Part shown: in pieces, positions 1 through 9,814 of the stretch
How the letters are laid out: each line of letters begins with the position of its first letter
Numbering within the stretch: position 1 is the stretch's first letter
From: an uncultured Nitrospirota bacterium
GTDB lineage: Bacteria > Nitrospirota > Nitrospiria > SBBL01 > SBBT01
DNA length: 41,915 bases
Direction: 5' to 3'
NCBI GenBank assembly: GCA_964423845.1
Contig: CAYRGU010000130.1
Location: 1-41,915 of the forward strand
Made by a program: the position numbers and the translations under genes
Notes under the pieces: generated by a model
Database searches by the model: none
What the model saw: the letters and a program-made list of their open reading frames with translations, nothing else
Told to the model about the DNA's origin: nothing

Positions 1-170
1 AGGCAGGCATTACCGGATGGGCCCAGATTCATGGCTGGCGAGGGGATACTTCCCTGGAGGAGCGGATTAAATGCGATCTGGAATACATTGAAAGGTGGTC
101 CATCTGGTTAGATGTCAAGATTATGTGGCTGACCCTCTGGAAAGGCTTTGTCCATAAAAATGCCTATTGA
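1..170 (+). CDS. 3' end of a bacterial sugar transferase (polyprenyl-phosphate hexose-1-phosphate transferase, WbaP/WcaJ/EpsB-like); the 5' part lies outside the window
   Basis: Frame 3 is open from the window edge to TGA at 168-170. It reads ...[54 protein letters not shown], the conserved C-terminal block of the bacterial sugar transferase family. It is absent from the ORF track because no start lies in the window. Confidence 0.75.
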   Translation, partial: AGITGWAQIHGWRGDTSLEERIKCDLEYIERWSIWLDVKIMWLTLWKGFVHKNAY

Positions 171-355
171 TACAAACGCATTAATTCGTGTGTCATCTTG
201 AAGAGCGTTTTTTGCGATGAGAGATCTTTCTTTTAGCGTTAAAAGCAAGATTCCTCGCTTCGCCCGAAACGACAATGTAACATGACCTGCTGCGTTTGCG
301 ATCGCATACGATGGATGGATCGCCCACTTTCAACGGCCTGTTAGGTTGACAAGTC

Positions 356-844
356 ATGTTTGATAAAGACTGCCCGGAAAAGGGGAAGGGGGTTGCGGAA
401 TCGGCGACCGAGATGGTCCAGATTGTCCTGCCCAATGATACCAACCTCATGGGGAATCTTCTTGGCGGAACCTTGATGCACTGGATTGATCAGGTGGGGG
501 CGGTTGTTGCCAACCGGCACAGCAGAAGGCCGATCGTGACCGCTTCGATGGAGCGGATTGATTTCCATGCGCCAGTTCATCTGGGGAGTATCGTGATCTT
601 GCAAGGAAGACTCGTCTATGTGGGAAAAAGTTCCATGGAGGTGGCCGTGACGGTCTATGCTGAAAATGGCCTGACGGGGGAGCGGCTGCATACCAGCAGC
701 GCGACATTAACCTTCGTTGCGGTGGGGGACGATGGCAAGTCGGTAGCCGTTCCGGCCTTGGTTTTAACCAATGAGGAAGAGCAACAGCGTTACCAGGATG
801 CGAGCGATCGGCATCGGATCAGAAAAAGTCATCAGGGGGTATAG
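356..844 (+). CDS. Acyl-CoA thioesterase, hotdog fold (YciA/BFIT-like)
   Basis: 162-aa ORF. VLPNDTNLMGNLLGGTLMHWIDQVGAVVANRHSRRPIVTASMERIDFHAPVHLGSIV matches the 4HBT/YciA-type thioesterase core. The stop abuts the tldD start. Confidence 0.8.
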   Translation: MFDKDCPEKGKGVAESATEMVQIVLPNDTNLMGNLLGGTLMHWIDQVGAVVANRHSRRPIVTASMERIDFHAPVHLGSIVILQGRLVYVGKSSMEVAVTVYAENGLTGERLHTSSATLTFVAVGDDGKSVAVPALVLTNEEEQQRYQDASDRHRIRKSHQGV

Positions 845-2284
845 ATGGAGCCAACTGGCGCAGATCAGTTTTTTCTCGAACGCTATGGTCTTTCCAACCC
901 GGTATTAGAGCGGGTCCTGGGGGGTGTCCTGGGAAAACAGGTTGACTATGCCGATCTCTATTTTGAATTCCGCGTCAGCGAATCACTCGGTCTTGAAGAG
1001 GGACGGGTCAACCGGGTGGCGAAGAATATCTCCCAGGGGGCGGGGGTGCGTGCGGTGGCACGGGAGAAAACAGGCTATGCCTATTCGGATGAGATTACCG
1101 TTGACGATCTGCTTTCAGCGGCGAAGACCGCGAAGTACATTGCCGGAGAAGGGGCCTCGGCCCAATCGGTTGCCCTCCGGAATACAAATCGTCCGACGCG
1201 CGATCTCTATCCGCTTGAGACCCTCCCGATGGATGTCCCCATGGAAGAGAAGCGGGCCCTTTTGGAGCGTATGGACCTCCTGGCCCGGGGATATGATCCG
1301 AGAATTACGAAGGTGATGGCCTCCTACAGCAGCGAGTACAAGGTGGTCTTCATCGTGACGTCTGAAGGCGTGTCGGTTGGAGATATCCGGCCCTTAACCC
1401 GTTTGAGTGTGACCTGTATTGCCGAAGAGGGAGGCAATCGCCAAGTGGGAACGTACGGGGGTGGGGGGCGACACGCGTTCGGGGTTTTTTTAGAGGCGGA
1501 TCGCTTTCAAACGTATGCGAAAGAGGCGGCGCGACAGGCGATTGTTAATCTCTCTGCGATAGAGACCCCTGCGGGGACCATGGAGGTGGTGTTAGGTCCT
1601 GGCTGGCCGGGGATTCTCCTGCATGAGGCGATTGGGCATGGCCTGGAGGCCGACTTTAATCGCAAGGGCACATCGGCCTTTTCCGGGAGATTGGGGGAGA
1701 AGGTGGCCTCTTCCCTTTGCACCGTGGTGGATGATGGGACGATTCCCTCTCGCCGAGGGTCGCTGAATTGCGACGATGAGGGGACGCCAACAGGCCGAAC
1801 GGTTTTGATTGAGAATGGCGTTTTAGTCGGCTATTTACAGGATCGTTTGAACGCGACCCTCATGAAGATGCCGCTCACCGGAAATGGTCGCCGCGAAAGC
1901 TACGCCCATCCCCCCATGCCCCGGATGACCAATACAATGATGCTGGCGGGGTCGTCAGCGCCGGAGGAGATCCTCCGCTCTGTGAAGCGGGGGCTGTATG
2001 CCGTTTCCTTCGGAGGGGGCCAGGTTGATATTACGTCGGGGAAGTTTGTCTTTTCTGCGACCGAGGCGTATCTCATCGAAAATGGACGGATTGGCTCCCC
2101 GGTGAAAGGGGCGACCCTCATCGGAAATGGCCCGGATGTGTTGACTCGGGTGGTGATGGTGGGGAATGACTTGTCTCTGGACCCTGGGATTGGCACCTGT
2201 GGCAAGGAGGGACAGAGCGTTCCCGTGGGAGTGGGGCTTCCCACGATCAAGGTGTCGGAGTTGACCGTCGGTGGGACGGGGTAA
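845..2284 (+). CDS. tldD: Metalloprotease TldD
   Basis: 479 aa. It has the HEAIGHGLEADF zinc-binding motif and a GxC...GQSVPV C-terminus typical of TldD. It is followed by its usual partner pmbA. Confidence 0.9.
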   Translation: MEPTGADQFFLERYGLSNPVLERVLGGVLGKQVDYADLYFEFRVSESLGLEEGRVNRVAKNISQGAGVRAVAREKTGYAYSDEITVDDLLSAAKTAKYIAGEGASAQSVALRNTNRPTRDLYPLETLPMDVPMEEKRALLERMDLLARGYDPRITKVMASYSSEYKVVFIVTSEGVSVGDIRPLTRLSVTCIAEEGGNRQVGTYGGGGRHAFGVFLEADRFQTYAKEAARQAIVNLSAIETPAGTMEVVLGPGWPGILLHEAIGHGLEADFNRKGTSAFSGRLGEKVASSLCTVVDDGTIPSRRGSLNCDDEGTPTGRTVLIENGVLVGYLQDRLNATLMKMPLTGNGRRESYAHPPMPRMTNTMMLAGSSAPEEILRSVKRGLYAVSFGGGQVDITSGKFVFSATEAYLIENGRIGSPVKGATLIGNGPDVLTRVVMVGNDLSLDPGIGTCGKEGQSVPVGVGLPTIKVSELTVGGTG

Positions 2285-2334
2285 CCCTTTTCACGGCTTG
2301 TTCGCGGCCTTAAAAAATACCAGGACGATTTGTC

Positions 2335-3681
2335 ATGCAGTTTAATGTAGACCAGGCTGTCGCGTTATTGAAAAAGGCATTGGGATCTGGTGCCACTTCC
2401 GGGGACCTCCTGTTCGTAGAGGGAGATTCTTTTTCCGCTCAAGTCCGGATGGGAGAGATAGAAAAGATTAGCAGCGCCCACGAGAAGATCCTGGGATTGA
2501 GGCTTTTTTATGGGGTGCGCTCGGCCCTGACCTCGACGTCCGACTTAAGGCCGGACTCCCTGAATCGTTTAATGGCAGAGACCCTGGCGTTGGCTAAAAT
2601 GGCCGCCGAAGACCCCTGCTCTGGCCTGCCGGAGTTTCAGCATTGCGCCACGGCGTTTCCGAAGTTGGATATTGTTGATTCGGACATCGAGGAAATTTCC
2701 ATCGCCGAAAAGATTGATTTCGCAAAACGGGCCGAAGCGGCGGCCCTTTCCTGTGATCCACGATTGACGAACTCCGACGGGGCGGACTTCGGAAACTATC
2801 GTTCGATGGTTTTATATGCCGCAAGCAACGGATTTGATGGCGGCTTCGAGGGATCTGGGGTGTCGGTTTCAGCGGTTCCCATTGCCACCTTGAATGGCCA
2901 GATGCAGCGGGATTACTGGTATTGCTCCCGGCGAAAATTCAAGGCGCTGGCGTCGCCTGCGTCCATTGGTCAAAAGGCCGCGATGCGCACCCTCCGCCGT
3001 CTGGGCGCGAAGAAAGTCGCCACCTGTCAGGTGCCGGTCATTTTTGATCCGGAGGTGGCCTCATCGCTCCTGGGGCATCTCTCTTCGGCCCTCTCTGGCT
3101 ATGCCCTGTATAAAAAGGCCTCTTATCTGGTGGATCGGATCGGAAGTCGGATTGCCCCGACGGGGGTGACGATTCTGGAGGATCCAACCCTTGTCTCGGG
3201 CCTGGGGTCAAGGCCGTTTGATGGCGAGGGGCTTCCTTCGTGTCGCAAGGTCATCGTTGAGAACGGGATATTGAAGAGCTATCTTCTGGATACTTACTCC
3301 GCTCGAAAACTGGGTCTGACCTCGACGGGGAACGCCACCCGGGGGGCGGGAGATCCCCCGTCGGTTGGAACCACCAATTTCTATATGGCCCCTGGGCCGG
3401 ATTCCCCAGAGGAAATCATTCGATCGGTCCGAACTGGATTTTATGTGACGGAGCTGATTGGTTTTGGTGTGAACACGGTCACGGGGGATTATTCGCGCGG
3501 AGCGGTCGGGTTATGGATTGAAAATGGAGAATTCACCCACCCGGTGGAGGAGGTGACCATTGCGGGGAACCTCATGGAAATGTTTTTGAACCTTGAAAAG
3601 ATTGGCAACGATCTTGATCTTCAGAAAAGAACTTCCGCGCCGACCCTCAAAATCTCACAGATGACCGTCGCTGGGAATTAA
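2335..3681 (+). CDS. pmbA: Metalloprotease PmbA/TldE
   Basis: 448 aa. It has PmbA/TldD-family C-terminal blocks (GFYVTELIGFGVNTVTGDYSRGAVGLWIENGE, APTLKISQMTVAG) and lacks the HExxH motif, as expected for the PmbA partner. Confidence 0.88.
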   Translation: MQFNVDQAVALLKKALGSGATSGDLLFVEGDSFSAQVRMGEIEKISSAHEKILGLRLFYGVRSALTSTSDLRPDSLNRLMAETLALAKMAAEDPCSGLPEFQHCATAFPKLDIVDSDIEEISIAEKIDFAKRAEAAALSCDPRLTNSDGADFGNYRSMVLYAASNGFDGGFEGSGVSVSAVPIATLNGQMQRDYWYCSRRKFKALASPASIGQKAAMRTLRRLGAKKVATCQVPVIFDPEVASSLLGHLSSALSGYALYKKASYLVDRIGSRIAPTGVTILEDPTLVSGLGSRPFDGEGLPSCRKVIVENGILKSYLLDTYSARKLGLTSTGNATRGAGDPPSVGTTNFYMAPGPDSPEEIIRSVRTGFYVTELIGFGVNTVTGDYSRGAVGLWIENGEFTHPVEEVTIAGNLMEMFLNLEKIGNDLDLQKRTSAPTLKISQMTVAGN

Positions 3682-3694
3682 GGAGCCGCGCCGA

Positions 3695-4300
3695 CTAATT
3701 TTTCTCTGTTGAAATACTAAGCTCTTTCAGCTTTTTGCGCAGGGTGTTCCGGTTGATCCCAAGCAGTTGAGCGGCCTGGATCTGATTGCCCTTGGTTTCC
3801 CGCAGGGCGAGGGTGAGAATGGGTTTTTCAAATTCCCGAATCAGCAGACTATACAGGTTGGCCACCTTGCAGTGTTTCACCTTCTGGACAAAGTCACTCA
3901 ATTTCTTTTCCACCAGGGCGGTGAGGTGCAGCTCGCTCTCCTGAAGACTTGGATTTTCAGGTGGGGCGGCTTTATGGGGGACCGCTTTGACGGGCTCTCC
4001 ATGAGGAAGGATCGACAAGGCGGCATTCCGGATCTGGGGGGCCGTCTTCTTTAACATCGCGCTTGAGGCGATGACTGCGTAAAATTCTTTCCCCTCTTGT
4101 CGCATGGTTTGAAGTTTTTGAACGGACTGCCACCAACCGTTCTCCGTGTCAATGACGAAGAAGGACCGATCCGGATAGCTGTTGCCGCGAAGATGTTTGA
4201 TCGATTTGACGGAAGTGAGCGGGGCGTCTTGCCTGAACTCTTTCTGAAAGTGAACCATCAATCCGGCGTCTTGATGAACAAGAAAAATTTCCGGGTCCAC
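3695..4300 (-). CDS. Receiver-like domain + Fis-type HTH transcriptional regulator (RegA/ActR-like architecture, no AAA+ domain)
   Basis: The C-terminus NQIQAAQLLGINRNTLRKKLKEL is a Fis-type HTH. EIFLVHQD...SFFVIDTENGWW...FYAVIASSA follows the receiver-domain beta/alpha pattern. The track ORF extends to 4381, a GTG overlapping the clpB stop. I prefer the GTG at 4300 (MDPEIFLVHQD) because GGAG (CTCC at 4308-4311 on +) sits 7 nt upstream. Confidence 0.6.
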   Translation of the reverse strand: MDPEIFLVHQDAGLMVHFQKEFRQDAPLTSVKSIKHLRGNSYPDRSFFVIDTENGWWQSVQKLQTMRQEGKEFYAVIASSAMLKKTAPQIRNAALSILPHGEPVKAVPHKAAPPENPSLQESELHLTALVEKKLSDFVQKVKHCKVANLYSLLIREFEKPILTLALRETKGNQIQAAQLLGINRNTLRKKLKELSISTEKN

Positions 4301-4377
4301 AGAAACACTCCATAGCCACGCGATGAGTAAAACGAAGGGAGGACAAACGAATGACGGTAAAAACTGGCCCGTTTCTA

Positions 4378-7005
4378 TCACACCCCTTTGGGCCTGTCAA
4401 GAAGAGGTGCCGCGTCGGAGACGGGACGAAAAACAAGATGTCCTTCGTCTACGGCAGCTTCAACGTAATCCCCTTCCTTGATGGCGCCCGAGAGGAGTTT
4501 GACCGAGAGCGGATTTAAGAGATCTCTTTGGATGACCCGTTTGAGCGGACGGGCGCCAAAGACTGGATCGTACCCTTCACGGACCAGGTGTTGGAGGGCC
4601 TCCGGTGTCAGCGCGAGCTCAATCTGTTTCTCTTTCAGGCGCTCATTGAGTTGGGCCAGTTGTATTTCAATGACTTTCTTTAAATGCGCGAGGGTGAGTG
4701 GATGGAAGATGATGATGTCATCGATACGGTTTAAAAATTCAGGGCGAAAATGACCGCGCAATGCCTGCAGAATACGATTGCGCATCTCTGTTTCATTTTC
4801 ACTCGGTTCCTGAAGCTGCTGGCTTCCGAGATTAGAGGTCATCATGAGGAGTGTGTTTTTAAAATCGACCGTGCGTCCCTTTCCGTCGGTCAGCCGCCCT
4901 TCGTCTAACACTTGTAAGAGAATGCCGAAGCAATCGGGATGGGCCTTTTCTATTTCGTCGAACAGGATGACCGCGTAGGGCCGTTTTCGAACCGCTTCCG
5001 TCAGCCACCCGCCCTCCTCATACCCCACATAGCCAGGCGGGGCGCCAATCAGACGCGCCACGGCGTGCTTTTCCATATATTCAGACATGTCGATGCGAAT
5101 CATTGACTGAACATCATCAAAGAGAAATTCGGCGAGGGCCTTCGCGGTTTCTGTCTTCCCCACGCCGCTGGGCCCCAAAAAGATGAACGACCCCAACGGT
5201 CGATGGATGTCCGAGAGGCCAGAGCGCGCGCGGCGGATGGCGTGACAGACGGAGGAAATCGCCGCGTCTTGCCCCACGACCCGCTGGTGGAGCCGATCCT
5301 CCATCTGCATTAACTTCTGGACCTCTGTCTCGACCATTCGGGAGAGGGGGATGCCGGTCCATTTTGAAACCACCTCGGCGATCTCTTCTTCGTCGATCTC
5401 TTCTTTGAGCATCTTTTGTCCGGCCTGCAACCCCTGGAGCCGAACATTCTCCTCGGTCAGTTGTTTGTTCAGTTGGATCAACCGGCCATAACGCAACTCG
5501 GCGGCCCGTCCAAGATCGCCGACCCGCTCCGCCTGCTCCGCGTTTTGCTTCGCCGTTTCAATCTCTTCTTTGACCTGCCGGATTTTTTGGATCGCCCCTT
5601 TTTCAGACAGCCACTGCGCCATCAGCAACTCGGCACCTTCTTTAAGATCGATCAGCTCTTTTTCAATGCGGGACAGCCGTCCATGAGAGATCTCGTCGGA
5701 CTCTTTTTTGACGGCTTCCCGTTCGATCTCCAACTGTCGAATCTTTCTCCGAAGTTCGTCGAGCATGGTCGGCATGGAATCCGTTTCGATGCGCAGCCGT
5801 GACGCGGCCTCGTCGATCAAGTCAATCGCCTTATCCGGGAGGAAGCGATCCGAGATATACCGATGGGACAGGGTGGCCGCAGCCACCAGTGCCGCGTCTT
5901 TGATCCGAATCCCGTGGTGCACCTCGTAACGTTCCTTCAGGCCCCTTAGGATGGAGATGGTCTGATCCACCGTCGGTTCACAGACAAGAATGGGCTGAAA
6001 TCGTCGTGCCAGGGCGGGGTCCTTTTCGATACGTTTCCGGTATTCATCGAGGGTGGTCGCGCCCACCGCGCGTAACTCCCCCCGTGCCAGTGCCGGTTTC
6101 AGAAGGTTGGAGGCGTCCATGGCCCCCTCTGCCGCGCCCGCGCCCACCAGGGTGTGCAGCTCGTCAATGAAAAGAATGACCTCTCCCTGGGCATCGACCA
6201 CCTCTTTCACGACGGCCTTCAGGCGTTCTTCAAACTCGCCACGCAGCCGGGCGCCAGCGACCAGCATCCCCATATCGAGGGCATGAACCCGTTTGTTCTT
6301 GAGACCTTCGGGAACATCCCCTGAAATAATCCGCCGCGCCAGACCTTCCGCAATGGCGGTTTTCCCCACGCCGGGCTCCCCAATCAGGACGGGATTATTT
6401 TTCGTCCGTCGGGACAGGACCTGGATGACACGTCGGATTTCTTCGTCTCGTCCGATGACCGGATCGAGTTTTCCCCGGTGGGCCAGATCCGTCAAGTTGA
6501 TGGAATAGCGCGTGAGGGCCTGGTATTTGTCTTCCGGATTGGGGTCCGTGATGCGATGGGATCCTCGAACTGCTGCCAGGGCAGACAGAACGGCCTCTCG
6601 CTCCAGGCCAGACTCTTTGAGGAGGGGGCCCATCCCGTTTTTGCACGCCACAAGGGCAAGCAGCAAATGCTCTGTACTTAGATAGTCGTCCTTGAGATAG
6701 TCGGCTTCGACCTGGGCCCGTTCCATGAGAGAGGTCACCCCCGGCGTGATGTAAACGGATCCAACGGCCCCCGGACCTGAAACCTGTGGGAGGTGTTTAA
6801 GCTGATCCAATATCTTTTCACGAAGGGGATCTGCGGAGAGGCCCATTTTCCGGAGAAGATTCAAGACGGTCCCCTCTTTCTGTTCCAGGAGAGCGAGCGC
6901 AATATGTGGGAGATCCATCTGTTGGTGGTTTAGAGCCTGGGCTTTTTTCTGGGCCTCTTGCAAGGCCTCCTGGGCTTTGAGCGTGAGGCGGTCCGGACGG
7001 ATCAT
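4378..7005 (-). CDS. clpB: Chaperone/disaggregase ClpB
   Basis: 875 aa. It has two AAA+ modules ([15 protein letters not shown] and [15 protein letters not shown] Walker A motifs), a long coiled-coil middle domain, and a Clp N-domain at the N-terminus. Confidence 0.95.
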   Translation of the reverse strand: MIRPDRLTLKAQEALQEAQKKAQALNHQQMDLPHIALALLEQKEGTVLNLLRKMGLSADPLREKILDQLKHLPQVSGPGAVGSVYITPGVTSLMERAQVEADYLKDDYLSTEHLLLALVACKNGMGPLLKESGLEREAVLSALAAVRGSHRITDPNPEDKYQALTRYSINLTDLAHRGKLDPVIGRDEEIRRVIQVLSRRTKNNPVLIGEPGVGKTAIAEGLARRIISGDVPEGLKNKRVHALDMGMLVAGARLRGEFEERLKAVVKEVVDAQGEVILFIDELHTLVGAGAAEGAMDASNLLKPALARGELRAVGATTLDEYRKRIEKDPALARRFQPILVCEPTVDQTISILRGLKERYEVHHGIRIKDAALVAAATLSHRYISDRFLPDKAIDLIDEAASRLRIETDSMPTMLDELRRKIRQLEIEREAVKKESDEISHGRLSRIEKELIDLKEGAELLMAQWLSEKGAIQKIRQVKEEIETAKQNAEQAERVGDLGRAAELRYGRLIQLNKQLTEENVRLQGLQAGQKMLKEEIDEEEIAEVVSKWTGIPLSRMVETEVQKLMQMEDRLHQRVVGQDAAISSVCHAIRRARSGLSDIHRPLGSFIFLGPSGVGKTETAKALAEFLFDDVQSMIRIDMSEYMEKHAVARLIGAPPGYVGYEEGGWLTEAVRKRPYAVILFDEIEKAHPDCFGILLQVLDEGRLTDGKGRTVDFKNTLLMMTSNLGSQQLQEPSENETEMRNRILQALRGHFRPEFLNRIDDIIIFHPLTLAHLKKVIEIQLAQLNERLKEKQIELALTPEALQHLVREGYDPVFGARPLKRVIQRDLLNPLSVKLLSGAIKEGDYVEAAVDEGHLVFRPVSDAAPLLDRPKGV

Positions 7006-7031
7006 GGTTCCCCCTGCGGTGCGTTGGATGA

Positions 7032-7060
7032 TATATAAAACGGATCTAAAACGAATTCAA
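7032..7060 (-). promoter_or_regulatory. Candidate sigma70-type promoter for clpB
   Basis: On the minus strand: TTGAAT (7060-7055), a 17-nt spacer, then TATATA (7037-7032), about 26 nt upstream of the clpB ATG. It overlaps a short hairpin, AGGCGG-cctct-CCGCCT at 7060-7076, that could terminate nadB. No clear sigma32 -10 (CCCCAT) was seen. Confidence 0.3.
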
Positions 7061-7128
7061 GGCGGCCTCTCCGCCTCTTCCTGGTGAATAAGGTTTGACC
7101 CCCGGATCTTTGGGAGGAGGATCGCCCT

Positions 7129-8739
7129 TTACAGGGATCGGGCCTTTTCTGCGAGGAAGTGGAAATTTTTATAGAGGTCGCTTCGATGGAGGGTCTGGTG
7201 TTCTGGAGAGGATTTGCTTTCAGGAAAATCCTTCCGAACATGGGCCCCCACGCTCTCTGGCCTTCGCAGGGCGGATTCGATGACGGCTGCGGAGACCCAG
7301 AGCATATTGCGGGTTTCCATCGCAAGTCGGCGGGGGTCATTTTTTGTAAAAACAGGGCCCCACGTCTGAATTTTCCGGATCGCTTTCTGAAGGGAGGCCC
7401 GGCTTCGGAGAATCCCGACCTCCTTCCACATGATTTCACGAAGTTCGTTCTGGATGGGGAGATAGGTTGAATCGGGGGGGCGGGTGTCCCAGGAAGAAAT
7501 CTTCACCGCTTCGTCAAATTCGACGGCGGGGGCCTGGCCGAGGGCCTCTCCTGCCCGTGCCCCGAAGACCAGGGCCTCTAAAAGAGAATTGCTGGCCAGA
7601 CGATTGGCCCCATGGGCGCCGGTGCATGCGGTTTCCCCCACGGCCCATAACCCATGAATGGCGGTCTCCCCCTGGAGATTGGTTTTCACCCCCCCCATGA
7701 GATAATGCGCACTGGGCCCCACGGGGATCCTCTCGCGCGTGATATCAATACCGTACTGAAGACAGGTGCCGTAAATCGAGGGGAAACGCTTTTTGATAAA
7801 GGCGGGCCTTAACCCGGTCATATCCAGAAAGACGTGGCTCAACTTCCCGTGCTGCATTTCCTCCCAGATGGCTTGCGTGACCAGGTCGCGGGGGGCCAGT
7901 TCTGCTTCGGGGTGGTAACGGTCCATAAACGCCTTTCCTTCCATATTTCTAAGGAGTCCCCCTTCGCCCCGCATGGCCTCCGAGAGGAGAAAGGAGGGGG
8001 CGGGAGGGGAGGCCAAGGCCGTGGGATGAAATTGAAAAAACTCCATGTCTTCCACAGGCGCGCCAGCACGAAGTGCCATGGCAATGCCATCTCCGGTGGC
8101 CACGGGAGGATTTGTGGTTCTCTGATAAATCTGTCCGGCCCCCCCTGTGGCCAGGATGACCGCCCGGGCGAAGAACGGCTTGATCTGCCCGCTCTCTTCA
8201 TCGATGACCCAGGCGCCATGACAGGTTTGTGTCTGGTCGCAAATGAGATCCATCGCAAAGTGGCTGTGCCGGATTTCAATGTTTTTCCTTTTTTTGATTT
8301 CCCGCACCAGCACGCGGATCAGTTCGCTTCCCGTTCTATCTCCCCGGGCCCTTAAGATTCGTTCCTGGTGATGTGCGCCTTCACGGGCCCAGGCAAATTG
8401 ACCGTTAATTTTATCAAACCTGGCCCCCCATGAAATCAGCGCCTCAATCTGTTGGACCCCGTCTTCCACCAAAACTTGCACGGCCTTCGGGTGGCAGAGG
8501 CCTCTTCCCGCCGCAAGGGTGTCCTGATAATGGGATCGCAGGGATTTACCTCGGCCAAGGGCCACCGCAATTCCCCCCTGCGCATATTCTGAATTGGATT
8601 CAAGCCGAGGGCCTTTATGCAGGATGAGGACCTTTCCCCATTGGCTTGCCGCGATGGCGGCCCGAAGGCCCGCGACGCCTACGCCGATGACCAAAAAGTC
8701 GGTTTTAACCGGTGTAACAAAACGGGTCCGTGATGGCAT
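7129..8739 (-). CDS. nadB: L-aspartate oxidase
   Basis: 536 aa. The N-terminal FAD fold is DFLVIGVGVAGLRAAI. SEYAQGGIAVA, HPTAL and GANRLASNSLLEALVFG are the fumarate reductase/aspartate oxidase flavoprotein signatures. The size and lack of partner subunits fit NadB. Confidence 0.93.
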   Translation of the reverse strand: MPSRTRFVTPVKTDFLVIGVGVAGLRAAIAASQWGKVLILHKGPRLESNSEYAQGGIAVALGRGKSLRSHYQDTLAAGRGLCHPKAVQVLVEDGVQQIEALISWGARFDKINGQFAWAREGAHHQERILRARGDRTGSELIRVLVREIKKRKNIEIRHSHFAMDLICDQTQTCHGAWVIDEESGQIKPFFARAVILATGGAGQIYQRTTNPPVATGDGIAMALRAGAPVEDMEFFQFHPTALASPPAPSFLLSEAMRGEGGLLRNMEGKAFMDRYHPEAELAPRDLVTQAIWEEMQHGKLSHVFLDMTGLRPAFIKKRFPSIYGTCLQYGIDITRERIPVGPSAHYLMGGVKTNLQGETAIHGLWAVGETACTGAHGANRLASNSLLEALVFGARAGEALGQAPAVEFDEAVKISSWDTRPPDSTYLPIQNELREIMWKEVGILRSRASLQKAIRKIQTWGPVFTKNDPRRLAMETRNMLWVSAAVIESALRRPESVGAHVRKDFPESKSSPEHQTLHRSDLYKNFHFLAEKARSL

Positions 8740-9015
8740 TTATGTCTCTTAAGAAGGTGAACAGGGGGCCCTTTGTAAGTCGTATCATTCCGGGTCTCTT
8801 CATGGTCTGTGGAGTATAGCATAGGATTAAAAAAAAGGGTCAAGGTGAGGCGCTTCAACCACTTGATTTTTCATGAGTAAGGTGCAGGATGAGTGGTTTG
8901 ACTTTTGGTCCTGTTCCTGTTACAAGACTTGCGTTTTATGGGTGTGCGCCAGCCCGAATCAGGGGACGGCCATGGGACGGGTTGGCTTAATTTCTTAAGG
9001 ATCCAAGGAGTCTCA

Positions 9016-9105
9016 ATGTCGCGCGTTGTTAAAAAGAGAAGAAAGAAAATGCGTAAGCATAAGTATAAAAAACTGCTCAAACGGATGAGGCATAAGAATA
9101 AGTGA
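9016..9105 (+). CDS. Small basic protein, bS22-like / AURKAIP1-COX24-domain type (29 aa)
   Basis: MSRVVKKRRKKMRKHKYKKLLKRMRHKNK resembles the about 30-aa lysine/arginine-rich ribosomal protein bS22 family (MGSVIKKRRKRM.KKKHRKLL...). AAGGAG at 9005-9010 lies 5 nt before the ATG at 9016. The track ORF (8905..9105) is an upstream extension in the same frame. Confidence 0.7.
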   Translation: MSRVVKKRRKKMRKHKYKKLLKRMRHKNK

Positions 9106-9121
9106 TCATAAGGGGAACTCC

Positions 9122-9352
9122 ATGGTGGATGTTAAACGGGTTAAAATCCAGGTCAAGACGGTGCGCTCGATTTATGAGGGATATTTAACAATCCCCCAGA
9201 TCCGAAAACGTGTGTCGGACATCCTCAATGAAGAGGAGCGGCTTTTTATCAATCTGACCGATGTTTTAGTGGATGGACAGGTGCCTTTGGTTCCGTTTGT
9301 CTCGCTTAACAAGAACATGGTTGAGTCCGTTTCTGTCATTGGCGAAGGCTAA
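9122..9352 (+). CDS. Hypothetical 76-aa protein
   Basis: Clean ORF starting 16 nt after the bS22-like gene with GGGGAA upstream. I recognise no motif. The composition is soluble and mixed-charge. Confidence 0.5.
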   Translation: MVDVKRVKIQVKTVRSIYEGYLTIPQIRKRVSDILNEEERLFINLTDVLVDGQVPLVPFVSLNKNMVESVSVIGEG

Positions 9353-9534
9353 GTGAAGTTGATGGGAAGGTCTATGGTGGGGCTCCCTCAATTTCATGTC
9401 GGTCCCAGGCAGCAGACAGAGGCCCTCTGTGGCAAGCCAGCGGTGATCCATCTCTTTCGTTCCGATGCCTGTCCAGGCCTCCCGGAGTGAGATATCTGGG
9501 GTGGGGGCCGGATGTAAATTTTAACGGTGGCAGA

Positions 9535-9581
9535 GGGTATTGACAAGGGTATTGACAAAAATATTTCATCATTAGTATGAT
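9535..9581 (+). promoter_or_regulatory. Candidate sigma70 promoter with a duplicated -35 box, upstream of the bd-like oxidase module
   Basis: GGGTATTGACAA is directly repeated (9535-9546 and 9547-9558). TTGACA at 9552-9557, an 18-nt spacer and TATGAT at 9576-9581 make a near-consensus promoter. A second TTGACA lies at 9540-9545. Confidence 0.4.
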
Positions 9582-9638
9582 GCCAAAACTGTCCGGTTTT
9601 GGACGGTCTGGTTTTGATATGGAGCGAGAGATTTCAGG

Positions 9639-9740
9639 ATGGACGATCAAAAGGGAAGGCGTTGGGGAAAATTTGTTTTTTGGATGACATTGGCTTTTTG
9701 CGTGTGGGTTATTGCCTACATCTCTACGCCCCCAAATTAG
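9639..9740 (+). CDS. Unlisted mini-ORF, 33 aa, single predicted transmembrane helix
   Basis: ATG at 9639 to TAG at 9738-9740 gives MDDQKGRRWGKFVFWMTLAFCVWVIAYISTPPN. It has a charged N-terminus followed by about 19 hydrophobic residues, and it resembles the next mini-ORF. The RBS is weak (GAGAG 8 nt upstream). It is below the 60-aa track cutoff. Confidence 0.35.
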   Translation: MDDQKGRRWGKFVFWMTLAFCVWVIAYISTPPN

Positions 9741-9814
9741 CAAGGGGTTAATGGGGGGTGCGCTATCATTCATTTGTGATTTGTGTTTTTTAAAAGATCG
9801 GGAGGGGATTAGAG

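Noticed and set aside
346-351. Perfect TTGACA hexamer just upstream of the thioesterase gene, as a possible promoter.
   Set aside because: It lies only 4 nt before the ATG at 356, so no -10 element or leader can fit for that gene. It would only make sense if translation began much further downstream, which the family N-terminal length does not support.
7002-7439. The 145-aa ORF overlapping the 3' end of nadB and the clpB upstream region.
   Set aside because: It overlaps nadB in another frame on the same strand, has basic low-complexity composition, and covers the intergenic promoter/hairpin region.
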